Assembly: GCA_038245295.1 (NCBI GenBank) | Contig: JBBRSP010000040.1 | Span: forward strand, 1 to 47,708 | Origin: Candidatus Binatia bacterium | Lineage (GTDB): Bacteria > Desulfobacterota > Binatia > HRBIN30 | DNA: 47,708 nucleotides | Reading direction: 5' to 3' | Shown: positions 39,823 through 47,708 of the stretch, one piece after another | How the letters are laid out: each line of letters begins with the position of its first letter | How positions within the stretch are numbered: position 1 is the first letter of the stretch | Position numbers and translations under genes: made by a program | Notes under the pieces: model-generated | The model's database searches: none | Seen by the model: the letters and a program-made list of their open reading frames with translations, nothing else | Told to the model about the DNA's origin: nothing

Positions 39823-41580
39823 TTGTCACTCTGGGAAGTTGAATCGCGCGCCCGGGCGCGGCGCGGCAAGGAAACCCTGCTGTTTGCCAAGAAGCAGGCA
39901 GGCAAACGTCGTGTGTGTCTTGTCTACCCCAACTCCTACGCCGTCGGCATGGGCAACCTCGGCTTTCAGGCGGTGTACGAGATCGTCGATCGCCATCCCG
40001 ATACCATCTGCGAGCGCGCCTTCCTGCCGGATGCCGAAGACGACCCGGACATCAAACGCGGCGACCTGCGTTCACTCGAGTCGTTCACACGCGTCCAAGA
40101 CTTCGACATCGTCGCTTTCTCCATTTCCTTCGAAACCGACTACTGGCATCTGGCCCGTCTGCTCGATCGCATCGGCCTGCCGCTGCTTTCCCGTGAGCGC
40201 GGTCCCGAGGCACCGCTGATCATCGCCGGTGGGCCGGCAGTGTTCCTCAATCCCGAGCCGATCGCCGACTTCATCGATCTCTTCCTGATCGGCGAAGCCG
40301 AGGAGATGCTGCCGGAGTTTCTCGACGTCGTCTCCGGTATCGAGCGCACCCAGGCGGATTGGCGTGACAGGGTCGTCGACGCGGCGGCGGCGCGTGTTCG
40401 CGGTGCCTATGCGCCACGCCACTATGAACCGGTTTACGAGGGCGCCGAGCTTGTCGATCTGCGTCGCAGCGACGCGGCGCAGGATCGCGTCGAGCGCCGT
40501 CTTATCTGGGACCTCAACGCCTTCCCGACGACGACGCGAGTACTGAGCGACGACGCCGTCTTCGGCGACATGATGCTCGTCGAGGCGAGTCGCGGTTGCC
40601 AGTGGGGTTGCCGCTTCTGCGCCGCTGGGTACATGTATCGACCGATCCGCACGCGCGGCGTCGACTCTCTCAGCGACACCGTCCGCGCCGGACTCGAGCA
40701 ACGCTCCACGATCGGCCTCGTCGGCGCCGAGATGGCCAGCATTCCCGGCGTCGATCTGCTCTCCGAGCTTGCGGCCGAAGCAGGCGGCCGCTTGTCGCCG
40801 TCGTCGCTCAAGGCCGATTGTGTCACACCGCGTCTGGCCGCCGCTCTCGTGCGCGGCAAGAATCGCAGCGCCACGGTGGCGCCAGAGGCCGGCTCCGAAC
40901 GCATGCGGCGGGTCATCAACAAGAATCTCAGCCAGTCGGACATCATTCGCGCCGCCGATCTGTTGGTCGGTGAGGGCGTGCGTGATCTGAAGCTCTACTT
41001 CATGATCGGTTTGCCGACCGAAGAAGCGGCCGACGTGATCGCCATTGCCGAGTTGACCGCCGCGATCCGTGCCCGTCTGTGGGCCGGTGATTTGAAGCGC
41101 GGCCGTGTTGCCAACATCAAGGTTTCGGTGAATGGCTTCGTGCCGAAGCCATGGACCCCGTTCCAGTGGGACCCGATGCGGTCCATCCCCGAGCTCAAGG
41201 AAAAATTTGCTTTGCTCAAACGCGCCCTGTCGCGCGTACCAAATACGCAGCTCGATACCGAGTCGCCGCGCGAGGGATACTTCCAGACCTTGTTGTCGCG
41301 TGGCGATCGCCGCATGTCGGCCTTTCTCATCGCCGTACACGAAGCCGATGGCGATTGGTGGAAGGTGATCCGCACGTGGCAGCGCGACGGGCTCGGCGAC
41401 CTACCGCATCCCGACTCCTATGTGCATCGCACCTATGGTGACAACGAACGAATGCCGTGGGATTTCATCAATCATCGTATCGACAAGTCGTATCTGTGGG
41501 TCGAACGCCGCAAGGCGCTGATGGCGCGGCAGACGCCGCCGTGTGACACGACGACGTGCACGTCTTGTTCCGCTTGCTGA
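39823..41580 (+). CDS. Radical SAM protein with N-terminal B12-binding-like domain (TIGR03960-like)
   Basis: LVYPNSY.VGMGNLG, CERAFLP, IAGGP...NPEP.ADF.D, EASRGCQWGCRFC (CxxxCxxC), APEAGSERMR.VINK, KLYFMIGLPTE, FVPKPWTPFQW. Confidence 0.88.
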   Translation: MSLWEVESRARARRGKETLLFAKKQAGKRRVCLVYPNSYAVGMGNLGFQAVYEIVDRHPDTICERAFLPDAEDDPDIKRGDLRSLESFTRVQDFDIVAFSISFETDYWHLARLLDRIGLPLLSRERGPEAPLIIAGGPAVFLNPEPIADFIDLFLIGEAEEMLPEFLDVVSGIERTQADWRDRVVDAAAARVRGAYAPRHYEPVYEGAELVDLRRSDAAQDRVERRLIWDLNAFPTTTRVLSDDAVFGDMMLVEASRGCQWGCRFCAAGYMYRPIRTRGVDSLSDTVRAGLEQRSTIGLVGAEMASIPGVDLLSELAAEAGGRLSPSSLKADCVTPRLAAALVRGKNRSATVAPEAGSERMRRVINKNLSQSDIIRAADLLVGEGVRDLKLYFMIGLPTEEAADVIAIAELTAAIRARLWAGDLKRGRVANIKVSVNGFVPKPWTPFQWDPMRSIPELKEKFALLKRALSRVPNTQLDTESPREGYFQTLLSRGDRRMSAFLIAVHEADGDWWKVIRTWQRDGLGDLPHPDSYVHRTYGDNERMPWDFINHRIDKSYLWVERRKALMARQTPPCDTTTCTSCSAC

Positions 41581-41861
41581 GCCGCGAGCGTTCGGGTTGC
41601 GGGGGGCAGGCTTGGGTCGATGGAGCGGATTGAGGCACCGGCACACCGCGAAAGCTGTCGGCAATAGCTACTCCCCGCCCCCTATCGCCACCTCGCTCAC
41701 CTTCGACTCTACGCGATTCGGGCGATTCGTCGCGAATCACCCGAATAATCGCTAAGTCCCTTCTTGCCCTGCTTCTTGCCCTGCCGATCCGGCGCGATCC
41801 GCCCGATACTCGGGCGGCTTGATGGTCGGGCTGGCCTAACGATTGAGCGAGGGAGCAACCG

Positions 41862-42593
41862 ATGCAGCCAGAGATCTCTTTGCAGCCGCTGTGGGACTGG
41901 ATTCTTCGCCACCTGGGCGTGGCCGGAGTGGCGTCACCCGCCTTCCTGTTCACGGCGGTGGTTGCCGGCGTCTACCTGCCCGGCATCGTATTCTCCTTCG
42001 TCGACGTGGTGGTCACCAAGCGCTTGACGCCGGCACAATGCTGGGCGGTCTACTGGCGCGCGATGAAGTGGTACGGATCACTGTACCCGGTGGCGATGCT
42101 CGCCTTCCTGGCGTTCCCGATGACGATCCTGTCGCGGGTGCCGGCGCAGGCGCCGACGCTGCTCGAGCTCGCGCGAGACCTGCTTCTGTACTTTCTGCTC
42201 GGCGACTTCGTGTCGTACTTCTGGCACCGCTACGAGCACACAAACCGCTGGTACATGAAACACGTGCACTACCAGCACCACATCGACACGCCGCCCCTGT
42301 CGATCTGGACGGCGATGGTGGTGCATCCGGTCGAAGGCTTCTCCGTCTTCGCGTGCTTCCACATTTACGGGATTCTCTTCCCGATCCACCCCCTCACCTT
42401 CGCGATCGGCGCGTTCTCCGTAACGGCGGTGAACATGGTCACGCATTGCGGCTATCGCCTGCCGGTTTACGATTGGTTTTTCGCCACGTCGCGCGAGCAC
42501 GACCTGCACCACGCGCAGCGCGAACCACGCAACATCTCGGTGATGCTGTCGATCTGCGACCGCATGTTCGGAACCTTCCAGAAGGCGCCCTGA
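41862..42593 (+). CDS. Sterol desaturase / fatty acid hydroxylase family di-iron membrane enzyme
   Basis: His boxes YFWHRYEH, HVHYQHH, HPVE, THCG, HDLHH; DRMFGT; TM segments. Confidence 0.88.
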   Translation: MQPEISLQPLWDWILRHLGVAGVASPAFLFTAVVAGVYLPGIVFSFVDVVVTKRLTPAQCWAVYWRAMKWYGSLYPVAMLAFLAFPMTILSRVPAQAPTLLELARDLLLYFLLGDFVSYFWHRYEHTNRWYMKHVHYQHHIDTPPLSIWTAMVVHPVEGFSVFACFHIYGILFPIHPLTFAIGAFSVTAVNMVTHCGYRLPVYDWFFATSREHDLHHAQREPRNISVMLSICDRMFGTFQKAP

Positions 42594-43059
42594 GCACGGT
42601 CCACGTGCGCACCGCGCGGCGACCACCTAGCGTCGACTCGATCTGCGCCGTCGGAGCAAGGAGAACACACCCGGGGGGTGTTGTGAGGGTTGGGTATTCA
42701 CCAACCGAGAAGGAGGTGCGCGGCGGAGATGAGTATCAACCCAACGCCGCACGCGCACCTGGCGCACCCCACCACCCGGCTGTCACCGCCGAGATCAACT
42801 CCGAGCGGGTCTCCTGGGATAGCGATCCACTTCTGTTGTCCCAAAAGCGATCGTCGTTTCCCCTAACCCAGACGACGGCGTGGAACGCCCCTGACTTTTC
42901 GACTTTTCTCGTCAGGGAGCGGTAACAGACATGTTGACGACGCCAGCGCCGCCCCGGGACAGGTAAGTGACGACGCCCCTTTGGGGGCTAAGACCTGTCA
43001 CGCGACAGTAAGAAGCATGGCTCAGGTTTCCCCCCACGTCCGACGCACCCGCAGCGGGC

Positions 43060-43242
43060 GCCTTCATTGGACACCCACATTCGGAGGCGTCGGAAAGGGC
43101 TCCTGCCGCATCGCGAGGCCGGGCAGAGAGCTGTTCAGATGTGCTCAGCGTGAGCCCAGGCACCGACTCACTTGGAAAAGGTTCGCGCGGTGCGCCTGGT
43201 GGCAGAATTGGGCGGGCCAGGATGTGGATGTCCCGGAAGGTT
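43060..43242 (+). repeat. ~185-bp direct repeat copy 1 (MITE-like, internal terminal inverted repeats)
   Basis: Highly similar to 44084-44267; GGACACCCACAT (43069-43080) ... ATGTGGATGTCC (43222-43233) inverted at 11/12. Confidence 0.88.
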
Positions 43243-44078
43243 TCCCGCGCTTCCGTTGCGCCGGTTGTGAACACGAGCTGCTGGTGGCCTTCTCCTGCAA
43301 AGGGCGCGGATTCTGCCCGTCGTGTTGCGGCCGCCGTATGGCCGAGCTGGCGGCGCATCTTGTTGATGGCGTGCTCGGCGGGCTGCCCGTGCGGCAGTGG
43401 GTGCTGACCTTGCCATACCGGCTGCGCTACGCGCTGGCCTGGGATCATCGGTTGTGTCGTGCCGTGCTGGCGGTGTTCATTCGCGCCATTCTCAGCTTCG
43501 AGCGGCGACGAGCCACCAGGCGTGGTGTCTCGAACGGCGTCGGCGGGGCGGTCACCGCCATTCAACGTTTCGGCTCGGCACTGAATACAAATGTTCACTT
43601 CCACACGCTGGTGGCGCAGGGAGTCTTCATGAGGCAGGCAGACGGCAGCGTGCGTTTTGCGCCGGCGCCCGCTCCGTCTGACCAAGAGGTAGAGGCGTTA
43701 CTTGCGACGGTGCGGCGACGAATCGTGCGGCTGGCGGCGCGCCATGGGATCAAGTTGGATGAATCAAGCGACGCAGCCGACGCAGCCGACGAACGGCTCT
43801 TGGACAATCCGACGTATGCGCAGATGCAGGGCGCCGCGGTGGTTGGTCGCCTGGCGATGGGACCGCGTGCGGGTCGCCCGGTGCTGCGTGTCGGGCGGCG
43901 CGACTCCGTGGGTGGCAGAACATCGAAGGGTCCGCTCCACGCGCACATCGACGGCTTCGATCTGCATGCCGCCGTCGCCGTGCCGGCCGGAGATCGCCAA
44001 CGGCTAGAGCATTTATGCCGTTACGTGTTGCGCCCACCGCTGGCGCATGTTGAGCGACTCGAGCGGACGACGGATGGG
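43238..44078 (+). pseudogene. Internal fragment of IS91/ISCR-family HUH transposase, truncated at both ends
   Basis: GF.RFRCAGCEHELLVAFSCKGRGFCPSC (Zn-binding), RQWVLTLP, IQRFGSALNTNVHFH (HUH), DGFDLHA, LEHLCRYVLRPP. The N- and C-terminal parts of ORF 42981..44177 are translations of the flanking repeats. Confidence 0.85.
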
Positions 44079-44083
44079 AGCGG

Positions 44084-44267
44084 GCCTTCATTGGACACCC
44101 ACATTCGGAGGCGTCGGAAAGGGCTCCTACCGCATCGCGAGGCCGGGGCGGGAGCTGTTCAGGTGTGCTCAGTGTGAGCCCAGGCACCGACTCACTTGGA
44201 TGACGTTCGCGCGGTGCGCCTGGTGGCAGGATTTGGGCGGGCCAGGATGTGGATGTCCCGCAAGGTT
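44084..44267 (+). repeat. ~185-bp direct repeat copy 2 (MITE-like)
   Basis: GCCTTCATTGGACACCCACATTCGGAGGCGTCGGAAAGGGCTCCT...GGGCGGGCCAGGATGTGGATGTCCCG.AAGGTT, matching copy 1. Confidence 0.88.
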
Positions 44268-44363
44268 CGCCCCTATCTCTTGTCATCTGCCCGCGGCGAG
44301 GTGTACAACTGCCGCGGAGGGGGCACTTTCGCCGCCCCCTAGCCACACCTTCCGGAGGCCCGC

Positions 44364-45566
44364 ATGAAACGCGTCGCCCTACTTGTACTCTTGGTCCCCT
44401 TCGCAACCTCCGGCGCGACCATTGCCGTCAACACCAACCTCGACACGACCACCGCGGGCGACGGCGTGTGCTCGCTGCGTGAGGCAATCGCCAACGTGAA
44501 TGCGGCTGCGGATACGACGAGCGGTGACTGCGTCGCCGGCTCTGGCGCGGGCGATACGATTACTTTCTACCTCAGCTCGTATTCCACCATTCGACTCGCG
44601 CCCAAACTCGGTGAACTCGTTGTCGCCAAGGATCTGACCATCGCAGGTCCCACTTCTGGCTCGTTGACAATCGATGGCCGTCTCAGAACACGCGTCTTGC
44701 ACATTACCCGGGGCTCCACGTCGATATCCGATCTGACAATCAAGAAGGGCGCCTGCCCGCTTCAAGATATGAATGCGGGAGGCGGGGGTGGCGTGCGGGT
44801 CGATCGGGGCGCCACCCTGAGTCTGAACAGATGCACCCTGACTCGTAACACCACGGGCCGCGGCGGCTTCGGCGGCGGTATACTCAACGAGGGCACTGCC
44901 ACCCTCACGAACTGCACCCTCAGCGGCAACACAACGGGTCGCGGCGGGCACGGCGGCGGCATGTCGAACCAAGGCAATGCGGCTCTGACCAACTGCACGG
45001 TCAGCAACAATCGAACGAGCAACCTGTGCGTAGTTGTCTCAGATGGCGAGTTTAGCTGCTCAGGCGGCGACGGCGGCGGCATCGAGAACTACGGTTCCTT
45101 CTTTCCTCTCAGTGTTACGAATTGCACGATCAGCCGTAACCACGCTACCGGTTACAACTATCGCCGCTACGGGCTATCTGGCGGCTACGGCGGCATCGGC
45201 GGGGGAAGGCTGACGAACACGATCGTTGCTGGCAATTTCCCTGACGATTGCGGCTACCTTGGCGCTGTCGAGTCTGGCAGCCACAACATCGGTGGTGACA
45301 ACACCTGTTTCCATGAAGGCACGAGCGATCTGAGCAACACAAGCCCGCATCTCGCACGACGCACCAACTCCGGTGGAACAACCCAAACGCTGGCCCTTTG
45401 TTCGGGAACACACTCGCCCGAGGCGTCGTGCTCAGCTGCCAGTCCCGCCATCGACGCTGGCGATGACTCCGTCATCAGTCCGCCGCTGAATCTCACCACC
45501 GATCAACGTGGCCTGCCTCGCCTGGCCGGTAGCCACGTCGATATCGGCGCATTCGAAGTGCAGTAG
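44364..45566 (+). CDS. Secreted CSLREA-domain / right-handed beta-helix protein with choice-of-anchor-Q-like C-terminus
   Basis: GGAGG RBS, signal peptide, GDGVCSLREAI, repeated GGG(I/M).N.G.A.LTNCT.S.N, SPAIDAG...TTDQRGLPR..G.HVDIGAFEVQ. Confidence 0.88.
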   Translation: MKRVALLVLLVPFATSGATIAVNTNLDTTTAGDGVCSLREAIANVNAAADTTSGDCVAGSGAGDTITFYLSSYSTIRLAPKLGELVVAKDLTIAGPTSGSLTIDGRLRTRVLHITRGSTSISDLTIKKGACPLQDMNAGGGGGVRVDRGATLSLNRCTLTRNTTGRGGFGGGILNEGTATLTNCTLSGNTTGRGGHGGGMSNQGNAALTNCTVSNNRTSNLCVVVSDGEFSCSGGDGGGIENYGSFFPLSVTNCTISRNHATGYNYRRYGLSGGYGGIGGGRLTNTIVAGNFPDDCGYLGAVESGSHNIGGDNTCFHEGTSDLSNTSPHLARRTNSGGTTQTLALCSGTHSPEASCSAASPAIDAGDDSVISPPLNLTTDQRGLPRLAGSHVDIGAFEVQ

Positions 45567-45806
45567 GCGCCTGACAGTTCGCCGACCAGTCCGGATTTGT
45601 CGGCCGCATCGCTTCAACGAAAACTTGATCCTTGTCCGGCGGGGGCTGGATGGACAGCCACTCACCGACGACCCTCGCCGATGAAGTGAGCCCCGACATC
45701 ACTCCGACATTGCTGCGGCCCAGTCCAGAAGGCGTGGCTTCCAGCTCGTCTACGCCTGGGCGGTGCGTCGAAGAGGGCCGTCGCGCTGCGGAGAGGTGTC
45801 ATCTTT

Positions 45807-46097
45807 TCACCGGAGACCAGGGGAAAGTAGTGTTCCCTGGCTTCTGGTGAGTCTTTGATTAGCTCCAGTTGTTTTCCCTGGCTTCCGGTGAACCTTGACC
45901 AGGGAAAAGTAGAGTTCCCTGGCTCCTGGTGAACTCGTAGAAGCTGCGCTTACTGAAAACGCCACTCGAATGCTCCGGAAGCGGGCAAAATCAGTGTTCG
46001 CCGGCAATTGATTCACCACGCATAAGGGAAACTTTGATTCGGCCTCGATTTTTTCACCGGAAGGGAGGGAACAGTAGAGTTCCCTGGGTTCTGGTGA
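45807..46097. repeat. Cluster of ~44-bp palindromic repeats (TCACCGG...AGGGAA..GTAG.GTTCCCTGG.T.C.GGTGA)
   Basis: Full copies at 45807-45850 and 46054-46097 (both followed by GT....ATTAGC), near-full copy at 45897-45932, half copies at ~45874-45891 and ~46013-46030. Confidence 0.8.
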
Positions 46098-46305
46098 GTT
46101 TGTATTAGCGATTCTTTCGGTTGTGTCGTTGCCGGTGAACCGGGCGCGGGGATTCGGTTCGAAATTCGCGTCGCGGATATCGCTTGTGCCGGCGCTCGCT
46201 CTGCCTACTCCGCTCGATTGATTCTGTCGGCCGTGGGCCGCCGAAAAAAGTGAGCCCTCTAAAAATAGTTGGGAACCTTTTGGCTTCCTGGCTCCCTTAA
46301 TGGGA

Positions 46306-46358
46306 GCTTCCACAGACACCCAATCTGGCAGAAGCTTCCACAGACACCCAATCTGGCG
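46306..46358 (+). repeat. 25-bp tandem direct repeat containing GACACCCA
   Basis: AGCTTCCACAGACACCCAATCTGGC x2 separated by AGA. Confidence 0.85.
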
Positions 46359-46609
46359 GCGCAGCCGCCGGTCCCGGTTGCTGGACATCGCGGCTGGTAT
46401 TGTTGCGGGCACTTTGAGACGCGCGACCGGTTGATCGCTTGGTAAGGGCGGGGGTTCAAGCTCGAAAAGCGCGGCAGGAGGCAGTTGACAAGTGCGGAAT
46501 CCCTGGGCCGAGGCAAGGCTCGGCGGGGGCGCGGAAGGCGGACGGCTTTGCAGGTTGTGAGAATGTGATTGCGGGTCTCGGGGGAAGGCTTGATCGGAGA
46601 CCCGTCTGC

Positions 46610-47572
46610 TTATCCCGTGTTGCGGTACATCCGGCGCGCCGCGACAATCCCCGCCGCGCGCTTGTGGCAGCGGCGCGTTCTCTCGGTGTCGATACGGTGC
46701 GCCTGCCCAACCATCGTGAAGAAGCGCTTGGAGTACGTGCGCAAGATCTCGATGAAGCGGGCGCTCTCGAGGCCGTGCCGTTCCAGCTTGGCGGCAACCA
46801 CGGGTGGGACGGCTACTTCCTCGGTCTGGCGCACCGCCTCGGCGGCAAATCGCACGATCTCGACGTAGTCGGCGAAGGCGACCCGCAGCGTGTCGCGCCC
46901 TGCGGCAACGGCTTGGTCGACAAACGGCATCAGGCGTGGCGCCGGGATCCGCGGCTGCGCGGCATGCAGCAGGCGCTCTCGGATCGAGGTGAACAGCGCA
47001 TCCTCGGGCTGCGAAGCGAGGCCGGCACGTACCGGGTTGAGATCGACGTAGGTCATGCACGTGAGCAGCGCCCCTTCGTCGAGCAGCGCCTGGGAGCGGA
47101 AGCGGCCCTCCCAGAAGCGCCCGGTGCACTCGTCTTCGCGGTTGGCGCGCCGGGCAATCGACTCGTTCAGGCAGCGCATGAACCAGCTGATGCTGCCCAG
47201 GCGCTCGCGCCACAGACCGAGCTTGCGCTTCCAGGTCTCGGCCGGCATCTGGCGCGCCTCGCCCACCGTGAACCGAAACAGCCGCTCGTAGCGCGTTGCC
47301 ACCTCTTCATCATCCCAGGTGAGGACACGCGGGCTGTCGACATGCAGCACCAGATGAAAATGATTGCTCATCAGACCGTAGGAGCAGACGTCGATGGCGA
47401 AGCTGTCGACCAAGTGTTCCATGCGCTCGACGATCCATCCTCTCCGGTGATCAAAGTTCTTGCCGGTGGCGGGATCGTCGCCGAACAGGAAGGCACGCCG
47501 GACCACGCGGTTGATGCAGTGGTAGTACTGGGCAACGGTAGTATCGACCAGTTGGTTACGCGGCGTTGGCAT
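46610..47572 (-). mobile_element. Y1 HUH transposase, REP-associated (RAYT)-like
   Basis: YYHCINRVVRRAFLFG.D, FAIDVCSYGLMSNHFHLVL (HUH), SISWFM, ANRED.CTGRFWEGRF, YVDLNPVRAG (catalytic Tyr). Confidence 0.88.
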
Positions 47573-47708
47573 CGTGCACCCGACAACAATTCGAAACGAG
47601 ATCGCAGCTTGGTCAATCGCCAGATTGCAATGAGGATGCCGCCGGATGAGCGACCCGATTGCGGTGCAACACCACGCCGGAGGAAGTCTGGATGTACTCA
47701 GTGTGAGC

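Noticed and set aside
41718..41785. Short hairpin and CTTCTTGCCCTG tandem duplication upstream of the desaturase
   Set aside because: Too short to separate from chance or local slippage; no terminator tail
41843..42925. 360-aa ORF overlapping the desaturase
   Set aside because: Shadow frame of a GC-rich gene, no recognisable motifs
42981..44177. Intact 398-aa IS91 transposase
   Set aside because: Both termini are translations of the flanking direct repeats and the C-terminal part of the family domain is missing
45807..46097. Palindromic repeats as a CRISPR array
   Set aside because: Few, degenerate copies with irregular spacing, no uniform spacers and no cas genes
45807..47213. 468-aa minus-strand ORF overlapping the RAYT-like gene
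   Set aside because: Alternative frame of the transposase running into the repeat region; Arg/Pro/Ala-rich with no motifs

Overview
GC-rich bacterial chromosome segment; gene content suggests a deltaproteobacteria-like lineage such as Ca. Binatia (impression only). It is mostly housekeeping: a 5' comM/yifB fragment divergent from dprA-topA-trmFO-glnE-ilvE; gshB-rsmE-prmA; a GDPD; rpsU-cvpA-dnaG-tRNA(CAT)-Zn-ribbon-rnpB; and a dcw cluster from mraZ to ftsZ. The best candidate for an undescribed system is at 9.4-14.7 kb. Four paralogous, signal-peptide-bearing, Cys-rich ~400-aa proteins of no family I recognise are arranged A-B-A'-B'. Each pair has its own TTGACA-N17-TATAAG promoter and the cluster ends in a strong terminator, which fits an abundant two-subunit surface structure. 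Other points: comM homology breaks abruptly at ~138, a likely integration junction. Several normally syntenic genes (rsmH, murE, ddl, rpoD) are cleanly absent. MurG carries a 5x QTGG expansion, and there is an unannotated 32-aa Lys-rich ORF. The right end is a mobile region: an IS91/ISCR-like fragment between two ~185-bp direct repeats, each with its own terminal inverted repeats, that appear related to the flanks of a nearby RAYT-like Y1 transposase; plus REP-like hairpins and a CSLREA beta-helix protein. All product calls come from motif recognition; no database searches were run.
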